This document shows positions 42,823 to 53,593 of a stretch of DNA of 64,000 nt, piece after piece. The stretch comes from Verrucomicrobiia bacterium (GTDB lineage Bacteria; Verrucomicrobiota; Verrucomicrobiia; Limisphaerales; UBA1319): contig OY760937.1 in the NCBI GenBank assembly GCA_963664225.1, forward strand, positions 1,280,001 through 1,344,000, in the 5' to 3' direction. The notes beneath the pieces are model-generated. The model was given only the letters and a program-made list of their open reading frames with translations. It had not been told where the DNA came from and ran no database searches. The position numbers and the translations under genes are program-made. Numbering within the stretch: the first letter of the stretch is position 1; each line of letters begins with the position of its first letter.

Positions 42823-44571
42823 TCATGGTGAATTCTCGTCACGCAGCCAAAGTGTTTGGAACCCATCCATCTCAAAGGATGTTATCCCGTTCCCACGCTG
42901 TGAATAGCGCCGACCGGTCAGTAAATCCATCCAGTCTTTTACATTATTCAATTCAGTCGGCAGTCCGGGAATGCATACCCTATCGTCCGAGATATTGTGA
43001 ATGCAGAGCAGCCTGTCGTTGTTTCCGTCCGATTTCCTGCCAACCACGAACAAACGGTGGTCGAGATCCAGAATCTCCTGCACGGCCTGGGGATGAAATG
43101 CCTTTTGCGCGCGGCGAATTCGCAGAAGCTTCTGCAATCCCAGCCAGACAAGGCTTCGCAGGGATTGGGTATCCGCGAGCTCGGATTCAAGTTGCTTGCG
43201 ATCGAGTTTCTCACGGTTGATGCGTCGGGGAATGCCACTGGCTATGGCTCCAGCGAGGTCTCCGCAGGAGCCAAACAGCGAATGGAAATAGATTCCAGGC
43301 ACGCCCTGTAAGCTCAATAGGATGGCATGTGCGGTAAGAAACTTGCGGGCCGCCCGCTCCACAGGCTCATTTTCCAACGGATTCGAAAGCGCGTCGAGAT
43401 AGTTGATGTTCATCTCGTAGGGTCGTTGCGAACCATCCGGCATGGCTTTGCTGGAAATGAAGCCCCCATGAGCTACAGCACACTTCACCAGCGCATCCAT
43501 CTCCACCTCGCTCAGGATGCCGCGCACCGGATTCAATCCGATGCCATCGTGCGATGCCAGGAAGTTAAAAAAGGTCACGCGATTAGATGGCAGCGCGAGC
43601 GCTTGTGCCCAACGCGTGAGTTTTTCCGCGTTGGCCGTCGCAAAGCTGTGCAGAAGCAGGGGTGACAAAGTGAAATTATAGACCAGTTGGGCCTCGTTCG
43701 CACCATCGCCGAGATAGGAAATATTGTCCGCGTGCGGCACGTTCGTTTCTGTGATGAGCAATACATGCGGGGCAACTTCGTCCAGCACCGCCCGCATGCA
43801 TTGAATGACGGTGTGTGTTTGAGGCAGATGCAAGCACGTCGTGCCGATTTCTTTCCAGAGAAAGGCAATGGCGTCCAACCGAATGAATCGCGCCCCTTTG
43901 CCCACATAGAACAGCAGCGCCTCAAGCACAGCCAGGAGCACGCGGGGATTCTTGAAGTTCAGGTCCACCTGGTCGGCGCTGAACGTGGTCCAGACCCGGC
44001 GCGGTCCGTTTGCGGTCGGGAACTCCGTAAGCAACGGCAGCGCGCGCGGACGGACCACCTGCGACAGGTCCGAATCCCCGTCCACAGTTACAAAGAAACC
44101 ACGGAAATCCAGTTCGTCGCGCTGAAAACGAGCAAACCAGTCCCCCTGCGCGGACAGGTGATTGAATACAGCGTCGAACATCAAATCAAAGGAAAGACCC
44201 AGTCGTTTTACGTCCGCCCACCGGCCCAGCGCAGGATCGATCTTGAAGTAATCCTTAACAGCAAACCCATCATCTGAAGACGATGGGTAGAATGGCAGGA
44301 TATGCACGCCACTGACAGCATCGCGTAAATGGGCATCACAAAATTCCGACAGCGTTTGCAAAGGAGTTCGGCCGGCTTCTCTGATCTGATCCGCATAGGT
44401 GATGAGCAGTGCGTCATTCTGAGTCAGATCCAAGTCTCGACGTTCCACAACCAGTTGCGATCCGAACTGCGCACGATGCCGATCCAGGAGCGCTTCGAAT
44501 TCCGGCAGAATCCCGTCCGCCACGGTCTGGCCATAGAGACTGCGCAAACACCCTCTGAGTATGCAGTTCAT
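42823..44571 (-). CDS. GH13 sugar phosphorylase (glucosylglycerate/sucrose phosphorylase family)
   Basis: LITY.D, VHILPF.P.SSDDGF, WTTFSADQ.DLN, RLDA, ITETNVPH, ASHDGIG. Confidence 0.9.
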   Translation of the reverse strand: MNCILRGCLRSLYGQTVADGILPEFEALLDRHRAQFGSQLVVERRDLDLTQNDALLITYADQIREAGRTPLQTLSEFCDAHLRDAVSGVHILPFYPSSSDDGFAVKDYFKIDPALGRWADVKRLGLSFDLMFDAVFNHLSAQGDWFARFQRDELDFRGFFVTVDGDSDLSQVVRPRALPLLTEFPTANGPRRVWTTFSADQVDLNFKNPRVLLAVLEALLFYVGKGARFIRLDAIAFLWKEIGTTCLHLPQTHTVIQCMRAVLDEVAPHVLLITETNVPHADNISYLGDGANEAQLVYNFTLSPLLLHSFATANAEKLTRWAQALALPSNRVTFFNFLASHDGIGLNPVRGILSEVEMDALVKCAVAHGGFISSKAMPDGSQRPYEMNINYLDALSNPLENEPVERAARKFLTAHAILLSLQGVPGIYFHSLFGSCGDLAGAIASGIPRRINREKLDRKQLESELADTQSLRSLVWLGLQKLLRIRRAQKAFHPQAVQEILDLDHRLFVVGRKSDGNNDRLLCIHNISDDRVCIPGLPTELNNVKDWMDLLTGRRYSQRGNGITSFEMDGFQTLWLRDENSP

Positions 44572-45245
44572 TCCGGCAATCCGTTTTCTCGTTCAAAACG
44601 ATTGATGTTTTCCCTTCTGCCAACGACCATGCAGAGATCGCGCAAGGCCAGCTTGAGTCGCGGTTCGGCTTCCAAAGCCTGGATCGATCCATCGGGCAAC
44701 GCACGAGTCACAAGCACGACATTGACCCGGTAACGCTCTCGCAACGCAAGTTCTTGCAGGATTTTTCCATCCACCAACGGTCCGAGACGCACTGAGGCAA
44801 GCTGGTAATCTCCGCTCAATTGTTGCCGATCGCTGCCCGCCTGATCCCGAAGGCGTTCCGCAAGCCGGTAGGCCATGTCTCGGGTCGGCAGGACAACCAG
44901 ATCGGCCCCAACGCGCTCGAGAACAACGGCGTGCTTGGCATCCAGAGCCCGTGCAACGATCTTTCCAACGTGAAGTTGTTTTAACGTTAGAGTGGCCAAG
45001 ATGCTGCCCTGCATATTTTCACCGATCGAAACCACCACGGCATCAGCCTCAGCCACGCCGATTTCCTTCAGAGCATCCTCGTCCTCAACATCCATTTGAA
45101 CTGCATGGAAGCCATCCTCCGCCAGATCCTTCACCCTGTCTTCCTTCTGATCTGCAATGACAACTTCACAACCATATTCGGCAAGTCGCGAAGCGAGGTG
45201 GGTGCCAAACCGCCCTGCGCCAAGTATAATGATGCGTTGACTCAT
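44568..45245 (-). CDS. ktrA: KtrA/TrkA potassium uptake regulatory subunit
   Basis: G.GRFG RCK-N domain plus RCK-C. Start MSQRIII at 45245. Confidence 0.88.
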   Translation of the reverse strand: MSQRIIILGAGRFGTHLASRLAEYGCEVVIADQKEDRVKDLAEDGFHAVQMDVEDEDALKEIGVAEADAVVVSIGENMQGSILATLTLKQLHVGKIVARALDAKHAVVLERVGADLVVLPTRDMAYRLAERLRDQAGSDRQQLSGDYQLASVRLGPLVDGKILQELALRERYRVNVVLVTRALPDGSIQALEAEPRLKLALRDLCMVVGRRENINRFERENGLPE

Positions 45246-45249
45246 AAAT

Positions 45250-46662
45250 TCATCCCAAACCCAAATCTTCCATTGGATATTGCACATGTCGCGGATAGCG
45301 AGGACGCGCAAGATAAAGGGTCATCACCAATGGGGCAATCCTGCCGGTGAACATAAGCACCATGATGACCAGCTTGCCCATGGGAGTTAAGAGCGGAGTG
45401 ACCCCGGTGCTTAATCCCACCGTGCCGAATGCCGAGACGGCTTCAAACAACAAACCCAGCCAATGCTGCGGGGTTGCGGAAGAAGGCTGACCCTGTTCTG
45501 TGATCATTAACAATCCCGCCCCCATCAACACCGTCATTCCTGCCAACAGCCCCAACAATAATGCAATATTGGTAAGATTGGGCGAAATGCGGCGTCCGAA
45601 TATCTGCACATTCTCTCTTCGTCTCAGCGCGCTCCATGCGGTTAACATCAATACTGCAAAGGTGGTGGTTTTGATGCCGCCAGCCATTGATCCTGGCGAG
45701 CCACCGATGAACATCAACAATATCGTCCATAAGAGCGTTGGCTGGTTCATCTCCCCCAAGTCCACGACATTAAAACCGGCCGTGCGCGACATGGTCGAGT
45801 GAAAAAAGGACCAGGACAGTTTGTTGGCTAGTGATGTGTGCTCAAGCGTATGGCCAAGCTCAAACATGAGGGTGGCCGCCATTCCGACGACGAGCAACAA
45901 CAGAGTGGTTGCCAGGACCAGTTTGGTTTGCAGGGCCAGCAATCCCCGCCGGCGCGGGTCGCGCCGCCAGAAATAATAATAGCGCAGATTGATCAATGTC
46001 ATCAATCCAATGCCCCCGGCGATCACCAGCCCGTTTATGACACCCAATACCCCCGGGTTTTCACGCCATCGCACCAACCCCTCAGGATACGTGGAGAAAC
46101 CCGCGTTGCAGAACGCGCTTACGGAATGAAAAGCCGCCTTCCACATGGTCCGTCCTGGTGAAAGGTCCGGCTGGCTCGAATCCATTAGAAAAAACAGGGC
46201 CAGAGTGCCCGCCAGTTCGAAAATCACGATGAAAACGCAACCATAAAGAAACACGTCCAGCGGACGGACTCTTTGAACCCGCCCCATGGTTGTCCGAATG
46301 ATTTGTTCGTCAGACAGAGACAGCTTCCGTCTGCTGAGGAGCACAAGGGAGATGCTCGCCGTGAAAATGCCCAACCCCCCAAGTTGGATCAGGCACAATA
46401 TCACCGCCTGCCCAAGGGTGTTGAAGGATTCAGCAATATTCACGGTGGTCAGCCCAGTAACGCACGTGGCTGATGTGGCTACAAAGGCAGCGTCGAGAAC
46501 ACCCACCGTTTGCCCGGGCCGGTGTGTCCACGGCAGCATCAGCAGGAAGGTGCCCAGCAGAATGAGAACAAGAAATCCTGACGGCACAAGCCGCAGGTCC
46601 ACTTCAGTTCGCCGTGGGAGCACCGAGGTCCATGGGGTTGATTGCGACTCAGTTTTGGGCAT
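45250..46662 (-). CDS. ktrB: KtrB/TrkH potassium uptake membrane subunit
   Basis: SATCVTGL, SAFCNAGF, RTAGF, GGIKTTT, SAFGTVGLS. Confidence 0.92.
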   Translation of the reverse strand: MPKTESQSTPWTSVLPRRTEVDLRLVPSGFLVLILLGTFLLMLPWTHRPGQTVGVLDAAFVATSATCVTGLTTVNIAESFNTLGQAVILCLIQLGGLGIFTASISLVLLSRRKLSLSDEQIIRTTMGRVQRVRPLDVFLYGCVFIVIFELAGTLALFFLMDSSQPDLSPGRTMWKAAFHSVSAFCNAGFSTYPEGLVRWRENPGVLGVINGLVIAGGIGLMTLINLRYYYFWRRDPRRRGLLALQTKLVLATTLLLLVVGMAATLMFELGHTLEHTSLANKLSWSFFHSTMSRTAGFNVVDLGEMNQPTLLWTILLMFIGGSPGSMAGGIKTTTFAVLMLTAWSALRRRENVQIFGRRISPNLTNIALLLGLLAGMTVLMGAGLLMITEQGQPSSATPQHWLGLLFEAVSAFGTVGLSTGVTPLLTPMGKLVIMVLMFTGRIAPLVMTLYLARPRYPRHVQYPMEDLGLG

Positions 46663-46865
46663 TTTTTTAAATCTTCCACGACCCTTTTAAAGGAGATTCG
46701 ACGTGGTGGATCGACCGACTTGCCACGAATTGCCGCGTTTTTGGCCATGACGAACTGCGACTTCGCAATGGGATCTCATGGACATGAACAACCAGTGTTA
46801 TTTTGAATTCGCAAATCAAGTTCATCAGGGTGGCCATTCTCAAACCAGGTTTCCGATAGCCATCG

Positions 46866-48077
46866 CTAATTCTCGTTGTCCAAACGTACCGACTCGCGCA
46901 TCTCGTCCAGGAAGGTTGGCAATGCCGATTCCACCCGGTTCCAATTGGAAATCAGCGGCGAATTGAGCGGGTCCTCCTGATAACCTTTCGTGGCGATTCG
47001 AATGCTGCGCACAAACGTTGCCACAGCGCTCTCCTCTTCATGGCGTGGATATTTCAACCCGTTCAACGCGGATTCCGCGCCGTAAAATCGGAGCGTATCC
47101 TCGGCCTGCCGCATGTAGGCGCTGAGCACTGTGTCGAAAAGGCCCGTATCGAGTTTGATTCCCTCGGCGGCCATGCGGCGAAAAAAGGATCGGGCAATGT
47201 CCACAGCCATTTTGTTCAGCCCCTTGTCCGGATCGCGGGCGGAGAGTTCCTGGTGCTTGTGGTCGTAATTTTCGCACAACTCGGATTGACAGATGGCGCG
47301 AGGCGAAGAATTGCGGAAGACCTCTGCCAGCATGCCCACCTCCAGCGCCCAGTCATACGGAATCCGCACGCGCCTCACCAGATCCATGTCCATTGAGAAC
47401 TCCCCGGCCAGCGGATACCGGAATGTGTCCATGTAAGTCAGGTAGGGGTGCTGGCCGAGAATGCTTTTGAGCGCTCGCAGCAACGGTGTGACCAGAAGCC
47501 GCATGACGCGGCCATTTAGCTTGTCCGTGACGCGGGCGTAATAGCCTTTGCAAAAGTCAAAACCGAGGCTTGGATGGGCCACCGGATAGCAAAGCCGTGC
47601 CAGTAATTCGCGGCTGTAGGTGAGTATATCACAGTCATGCACCGCCACCATGCGCGCCTGTTCGCTGGCCAGCACATAGCCCAGGCAGGTCCACACATTG
47701 CGCCCCTTGCCACGGGGACCGGCGCTCAGTTCAGCATCTTCCAACTTTGAGTATAGCTGTTGAATTCGAGGACCGTCGTTCCACAACAAAATCGGTTTTT
47801 GCGGCAATTGCGCAAAGAAGGTTCGCGCCTTCTTCCAGCTTCGCATATTGGCGCCATCAATCCCAACAACGATCTGTTTGATGTAGGAAACGTTCTTCAG
47901 CTCGCGTGCTATGAGCTTCAGGGCCCTGGTGCCAAGCTCGCGGATATGGCATGGCAGCACGAGTGCAATCGGCGTTTCCACAACGAACTCCTGCAGTTCT
48001 CGCTCAAGCCGGGGCATGCCTGGAGGTCCCAGTCGATGCAAGGTGGCGATGGCGCCAGTTTGAAAAAAATCAGACAT
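46866..48077 (-). CDS. gpgS: glucosyl-3-phosphoglycerate synthase-type glycosyltransferase
   Basis: MSDFFQ.G...TLH, GKGRNVW, HDCDI, CKGYYAR, GRV.RL, YPLAGEF, YDHKHQ. Confidence 0.85.
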   Translation of the reverse strand: MSDFFQTGAIATLHRLGPPGMPRLERELQEFVVETPIALVLPCHIRELGTRALKLIARELKNVSYIKQIVVGIDGANMRSWKKARTFFAQLPQKPILLWNDGPRIQQLYSKLEDAELSAGPRGKGRNVWTCLGYVLASEQARMVAVHDCDILTYSRELLARLCYPVAHPSLGFDFCKGYYARVTDKLNGRVMRLLVTPLLRALKSILGQHPYLTYMDTFRYPLAGEFSMDMDLVRRVRIPYDWALEVGMLAEVFRNSSPRAICQSELCENYDHKHQELSARDPDKGLNKMAVDIARSFFRRMAAEGIKLDTGLFDTVLSAYMRQAEDTLRFYGAESALNGLKYPRHEEESAVATFVRSIRIATKGYQEDPLNSPLISNWNRVESALPTFLDEMRESVRLDNEN

Positions 48078-48335
48078 AATTATTTCCTTTCCATGGGGAG
48101 TATCCCGGCGGCGTTTTCATGACGCAGTCTCCCTCAAAACGCCTGCTGGATTGTCAGGACCCGCACCGCGCCCTATGCCAATACCCGCAGGGCGCTTCCC
48201 GATCATTGGGCAAAATATCACACCCCAAAACAATGTCGCGGCGAAAATTGAGCCAGGATGCCGCACGCACCACGAAAATCGCGCTCGGCAAAATCACTCG
48301 AAGTGCCAAAACCACCGAAACGACCAAACCGCACT

Positions 48336-48788
48336 TCATCCGCGCTTGTTCGCATTCCGTGGCTCGCTCTGTTTCCCCGTCGATTGCGTTCGGACGCCGT
48401 CGTCCGTTGTCAAGCCACCAGGCTGGCCGTCAAAAACCACTCCGGCATAGGCGGTCCGCATTAACATTCCGATGGAGATGACAAATAATAATGTAACCAC
48501 GACTGCCGCCAGCCGCTGTCCAGGCATTCCCTCAACTCTGCCCGACCAGCTCATGACGGTCTGAGACAAGAGAACGAAACTCACGGGAACCAGCGTCAGC
48601 ATGGGAAGCACCTTGCCACGACGCCCCAGCATCGCCCGCACGCCCCAGACCAGACACAAAGCACCACCAATCAGACCGGTGATGAAGGTCGGGCGGGTCA
48701 GCACTGGAGCCAAATGTTGAGTCAGATAGCTAAGGCCGACGAGAAGCAAACTGTAAATGACTAATTGTAAACCAAGTGTTTTGTTCAT
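48336..48788 (-). CDS. hypothetical membrane protein (4 TM)
   Basis: Four hydrophobic segments from ATG 48788. Confidence 0.6.
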   Translation of the reverse strand: MNKTLGLQLVIYSLLLVGLSYLTQHLAPVLTRPTFITGLIGGALCLVWGVRAMLGRRGKVLPMLTLVPVSFVLLSQTVMSWSGRVEGMPGQRLAAVVVTLLFVISIGMLMRTAYAGVVFDGQPGGLTTDDGVRTQSTGKQSEPRNANKRG

Positions 48789-49160
48789 TGCGCAAGCGAA
48801 TGATTTCGAATTGCTCCAGCCAGTAATGCACGAGTCGAACGGGATGTGGATCCTTGCGAATGTCAAAGTTGACGGGCAACCATATGCGCTCCGACACAGG
48901 CCACTGTATCCGAATCTTCATTACACTGAAACAATTCAGTTTGCTGAATGGCGGCCCGACCATCCTGGTTGTCCTCCGATGGCAAGCGCCATCGAACCCT
49001 TTTGGTTTGTTCAGCGAAGGCTTGCAGCGTTCGCGACATACGGTCACTCTCATTGAAAAGGGCTTACGTGTCAATGAATTGACATGGGACACGCGGTTAA
49101 AGCGGTTAAATTCAAAAATTATTCGCGTTTGAACTGACCGTATGCGAGTCTCACGAAAGC

Positions 49161-50726
49161 ATGGATTTGATCATTTTCCACCACCACTTCCGGCCCGGTG
49201 GCGTGCGGCGCGTGATAGAACTTGCCACACCGCATCTGGTCTCGAACTGGCCTGAGCGAATTAGCATGGTGGTGTTAGCCACTGGTGAAGCACCTGATCC
49301 CGCATGGTTGCGAGCCTTTCGCAAACGGCTTCACGGCCACCGGGTAAAGGTGCAGGTGGAATCTGCTTTTGGCTACGTCTCAGAGATGCCACAGAATGAC
49401 AAGACCATCGCTAATCGCGTAAAGGCTGGCATTACGCGAATGCTGCGCGATATCAATCGGGACAACTGCCTGATCTGGGCGCACAATCTCGGTCTGGGCC
49501 GCAATCTTTTCCTGGCGCGTGAACTCACATTCATGTGCCACCGTAGCGGCATACGCTTGATTTTACATCATCATGATTGGTGGTTCGAGAACCGCTGGAA
49601 TCACTTCACTATCATGCGTCAGACAGGTTTCCGGAAAACTTTGGCTGTGGCCAGAGCGGTTCTCGCAGCTTCCCCGTTTATTGCTCACGCGGCCATCAAC
49701 AACGCCGATGCCATAATTCTGGCAAAACATTTCCCAGGACTGGCAGGATGGTTGCCCAATCCCGTCGAAAATGAGGCGTTACCTTTAGCCGCCCGCGTCG
49801 AAGTCGCCCGAAAATGGTTGTGCACACAAATCGGAGAAGAGTCTCCCGTGTGGCTCCTGCCCAGCCGACTTTTACGTCGGAAAAACATCTGCGAGGCCCT
49901 ATTGCTCACTCGCTGGCTTCGACCCCAAGCATGGCTTGTGACTACCGGAGGCGCCAGTTCAGCAGAGGAACGCACTTATGCGGAAACCCTTGCAAAAGCC
50001 GCGAAAATCCAAGGGTGGCGGCTGCGCTTATCCATCCTGCAAACCAGCAAAAACGCGCAACCTACCATCGCGGAGTTGCTGGCCGCCAGCGAGGCGATCC
50101 TCTTCACTTCTCTGCAGGAAGGATTTGGGCTGCCGTACCTTGAAACGGCAGCGGCCCGCCGCCCCCTCGTCGCTCGGCAACTGCCCAACATTGCACCAGA
50201 CCTTGATCTGTTTGGATTCACATTTCCACAATCCTATTCCGAATTACGGGTGGACCCGGTCTTATTCGATTGGCGCGCCGAGCGCGGCCGCCAGGTTCGC
50301 TTGTTCGCAGAATGGAAAAGTTCAATGCCCCGGGCCGCGTCCCGCCTTGCAGGGAAACCCGCTGTGCTGGCAGCAGGCAAAGATCCCTGCCCCGTGCCAT
50401 TCAGCCGCCTCACCTTGACCGCACAACTGGAAGTTCTGGCCCAACCCGTGGAGTTTTCATGGGATCTGTGCGCCAATCTCAATCCCTTTCTAGAGACGTG
50501 GCGCAAACGAGCTGCACAGCGACGGTTGGAAATCACTCCCTGGCCACGCAAGGCGGAACGCCTGCTCGGCGGAATGGCTTATGCGCAGCGCTTCCTTGCA
50601 CTGCTGCCGACATCACTTTCTCAGGCGCCCCCTTCAACCGCGAGTGAAGCGGCGCAGGCAGAATTCATCCGGAATAAACTGAAGCCAGAAAATATCTACC
50701 CTCTCCTGTGGAACTCGCGCACATGA
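49161..50726 (+). CDS. GT4-like glycosyltransferase
   Basis: HH...GGV..V, HN..LG.N, HHD, R...RKN, EGFGL.YLE. Confidence 0.85.
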   Translation: MDLIIFHHHFRPGGVRRVIELATPHLVSNWPERISMVVLATGEAPDPAWLRAFRKRLHGHRVKVQVESAFGYVSEMPQNDKTIANRVKAGITRMLRDINRDNCLIWAHNLGLGRNLFLARELTFMCHRSGIRLILHHHDWWFENRWNHFTIMRQTGFRKTLAVARAVLAASPFIAHAAINNADAIILAKHFPGLAGWLPNPVENEALPLAARVEVARKWLCTQIGEESPVWLLPSRLLRRKNICEALLLTRWLRPQAWLVTTGGASSAEERTYAETLAKAAKIQGWRLRLSILQTSKNAQPTIAELLAASEAILFTSLQEGFGLPYLETAAARRPLVARQLPNIAPDLDLFGFTFPQSYSELRVDPVLFDWRAERGRQVRLFAEWKSSMPRAASRLAGKPAVLAAGKDPCPVPFSRLTLTAQLEVLAQPVEFSWDLCANLNPFLETWRKRAAQRRLEITPWPRKAERLLGGMAYAQRFLALLPTSLSQAPPSTASEAAQAEFIRNKLKPENIYPLLWNSRT

Positions 50727-51442
50727 AAATCCGCGCCATCATCTTTGATATTTACGGAACGATTCTTGAAGTTGGCGCCCCTCCACCCGACGCCGACGCG
50801 CGTTGGCAATGCCTTTTTCGCGATCTGTTCCAAACAGATCCAGACATGAGCCGTCTCGATTTCACCGTTGCATCCAGAAATGTGATCCACCACCGGCATA
50901 AAGCCGCACGCGCGCTCGGTATTCCATGGCCAGAAGTTTGCTGGCCTTCGGTCGTGGCCGAAGTTCTGCCCGGATTGTCGCGGCTTTCCCGACAGGATCA
51001 GGAGGAATTTCTTTATCGTCAGATACAGACCGGCCACACCACGCACATTGCGCTTGATACAGCCGCCGCGTTGTGTCTGATGAGGGAGCGCCAATACCTT
51101 ATTGGCATTGCTTCCAATGCCCAGGCTTACACCCTGCGGGAACTCCATGAGAATCTGGCAGCACACGAACTAGATCTTAATTTGTTCGATCAAGACCTCT
51201 GCTTCTGGTCTTTTGAAAACGGCTTCAGCAAACCGGATCCACATGTCTTCCAGCTCCTCACCGCTCGTCTTGCCGCCCGGGGCGTTGGCCCCGGAGAAAC
51301 GCTGATGGTCGGCGACCGGCTCGATAACGACATTGCACCCGCCCGCGCCCATGGCTGGCAGACATGGCGGATAAGCTCCTCGCCAGCGCCTGATGCCACG
51401 GATGAAGGACATTGGAATCAATTGGTCGACCGTTTAACTTAA
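50723..51442 (+). CDS. HAD-superfamily hydrolase
   Basis: FDIYGT, SNAQ, KPDP, GDRLDND; 4-nt overlap with the GT gene. Confidence 0.88.
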   Translation: MKIRAIIFDIYGTILEVGAPPPDADARWQCLFRDLFQTDPDMSRLDFTVASRNVIHHRHKAARALGIPWPEVCWPSVVAEVLPGLSRLSRQDQEEFLYRQIQTGHTTHIALDTAAALCLMRERQYLIGIASNAQAYTLRELHENLAAHELDLNLFDQDLCFWSFENGFSKPDPHVFQLLTARLAARGVGPGETLMVGDRLDNDIAPARAHGWQTWRISSSPAPDATDEGHWNQLVDRLT

Positions 51443-51448
51443 TCAGGC

Positions 51449-52231
51449 ATGCGCTCGAGTGATGAACAAAGCAATGTTGACCAGAATCAGGCAACATTCA
51501 CGCCTGCTAAGGGCGGGCAGCAGGAAAAATCGAAAACCTCCGCAACTGCTTCCCGGTATTTTGAGACATCCGGGCTGTTCCGATTTTCGATCACCCAGTT
51601 CCTTTTCGCGCTGATCCTTTTGTTGATCGTCACCCCGTTTCTTTCCGGTTTCCCTCACGGAGATGCCATCACCAGTGTGGTTATGACTCTGGTTCTGATC
51701 TCAGCAGTTCTCGCAATTGGCGGTGGCGGGCGTTTGTTGGCGCTGACTATCTTCCTTGTCCTGCCCGCACTGGCAGCGGCTTGGGTGGATTATTATCAGC
51801 CGGACCTTGTGCCGCGTTGGATCATTACTGGAGTGGGTCTGGTGTTCATCGGGTTCGTGATTGCTCAGTTGCTGCGGTTTATTCTGCGCGCTCCACAGGT
51901 CAATGCCGACGTGCTTTGCGCCGGTATTTCCACTTACCTTTTGCTCGGACTGCTATGGGCTGCGGCCTATTCACTTGTGACGCGGTTGGATCCTCACGCG
52001 TTTGCCCTGCTATATGGCGCGGCCGAAGCCGGACGCATGGGACGGTTTGACAACCTTTACTTCAGTTTTGTCTCCTTAACTTGCCTTGGCTGCAATGACA
52101 TTGTGCCCGTATCGCGGCCCGCAAGAATGTTGATGGTGGTGGAAGCAACTACTGGCGTGCTTTATCTGGCAGTCATGATCGCCCGCCTGGTGGCGCTTTA
52201 TTCGCGGCCACTGCAAAAGAAAGGTGAATAA
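51449..52231 (+). CDS. K+-channel-like membrane protein with an atypical pore loop
   Basis: YFSFVSLTCLGCNDIVP...AR...E...G..Y.A...ARLV. Confidence 0.8.
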   Translation: MRSSDEQSNVDQNQATFTPAKGGQQEKSKTSATASRYFETSGLFRFSITQFLFALILLLIVTPFLSGFPHGDAITSVVMTLVLISAVLAIGGGGRLLALTIFLVLPALAAAWVDYYQPDLVPRWIITGVGLVFIGFVIAQLLRFILRAPQVNADVLCAGISTYLLLGLLWAAAYSLVTRLDPHAFALLYGAAEAGRMGRFDNLYFSFVSLTCLGCNDIVPVSRPARMLMVVEATTGVLYLAVMIARLVALYSRPLQKKGE

Positions 52232-52449
52232 AATCCAACGTCCTAAAATCCGAAATTCAGCCTTTCGATGAACTTTGCCGCAATCTGCGCCTTCCTGGCC
52301 CACCATCCAATGAGACGGAACAAAACACGCAACATGAATTGATGAAAAGTTGTTGGCACGTCCCTGCCATAATGCGCATATTAGCCCATGGTGCATATCA
52401 TAAAACTGGTGCTGGCCATTGGGTATGGGCTGGCTATTCTTGTTTTGCT

Positions 52450-52839
52450 TTGAGCCGATTCGGATATTTCCGCGACGGTTTGTTTTTGGTGGCGTGCTCG
52501 CTCTACGCAATCAATCGGTGGGGCCTGAAACCGCGCATCCACAGTCCATTTCTGCACGATCACTTTAACGATCTGCTGTTGATTCCATGTGCTCTTCCAC
52601 CGTTTTTAATGCTGCTGCGCTGGTTAAATTTACGCACGCACGACAAGCCGCCAGAAACGCGAGAAATCCTTCTCTATCTCGGGGTCTGGTCCATCCTATT
52701 CGAGGTCGTTGGACCTCATATCATGCGCAATGTAACCGGCGATCCACTCGATGTAGTGGCTTACACCGCAGGCGGAATCCTGGCGGGCCTTTGGTGGCAC
52801 CGGTACCGACTCTCGAGTCGTTCAGTCAATGAGCTTTGA
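52450..52839 (+). CDS. hypothetical membrane protein
   Basis: YAINRW.LK, FNDLL.IP, FE...P, DPLD..AY; start uncertain. Confidence 0.65.
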   Translation: MSRFGYFRDGLFLVACSLYAINRWGLKPRIHSPFLHDHFNDLLLIPCALPPFLMLLRWLNLRTHDKPPETREILLYLGVWSILFEVVGPHIMRNVTGDPLDVVAYTAGGILAGLWWHRYRLSSRSVNEL

Positions 52840-53467
52840 TACCCTGGCACCCCACTATCGCTGGTTGGAACTGCTGTGCGCGGGAAACCTGCTGCAAATT
52901 TGCCGAACGTCCTTTCTTACCCCAGTGCCGGAGGCATCGAACGTTCTCATCCTTGGCGAAGGCAACGGACGTTTTCTCACCGAATGCCGCAGGGCCCTGC
53001 CCGCTGCCAGTATAACCTGTGTCGATGCCAGCGCGCGCATGCTGGGCCTGGCCAAAGAGCACCTTCACAACTCAGGATTAAACCCTCAACCCATAACCTT
53101 TGTTCATGCCAGCATTCTCGAATGGACTCCGCCGTTGGAAACTTTCGACCTGATTGTCACACACTTCTTTCTCGATTGCTTCCGTCCTAACCAGCTTGAG
53201 TCGATTATAACCGCCCTCGCAAACGCAGCCCAATCTCAGGCCATGTGGCTTTTGGCGGATTTCCGGATTCCGGCCAGGGGACTTGCCCGACATCGCGCAC
53301 AGGTGATTCATGGTTTACTGTATGCATTCTTTCGCGCGTTCACCGGGATTTCAGCCTGCAGATTAACTTCTCCTGACGAATCCCTCAGATCCCATCGGTT
53401 TAAACTTATCAAAAGAAAAGAAATCGACTGGGGCCTGCTGCACACCGACAAATGGGTGCGAGAGTAA
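52829..53467 (+). CDS. class I SAM methyltransferase
   Basis: LILGEGNGRF, VDAS..M, THFFLDCF. Confidence 0.85.
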   Translation: MSFDTLAPHYRWLELLCAGNLLQICRTSFLTPVPEASNVLILGEGNGRFLTECRRALPAASITCVDASARMLGLAKEHLHNSGLNPQPITFVHASILEWTPPLETFDLIVTHFFLDCFRPNQLESIITALANAAQSQAMWLLADFRIPARGLARHRAQVIHGLLYAFFRAFTGISACRLTSPDESLRSHRFKLIKRKEIDWGLLHTDKWVRE

Positions 53468-53593
53468 CTTGGGCTGCCAAAATCCTCTCCATTGAAACAG
53501 GCTTCGAACCGGGGCCATCGAAGATTACAATTATGTAATCTTCGAGAAAGGATCCCGCCATGGTCCAAAGCATCCAATATTGTGGAGATGATT

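Noticed and set aside
48757..49056. ORF also ending in GHSH
   Set aside because: Lacks KSxD and the basic linker, overlaps another gene's start on the opposite strand and lies outside the element. Treated as chance, though it shows GHSH alone is weak evidence.
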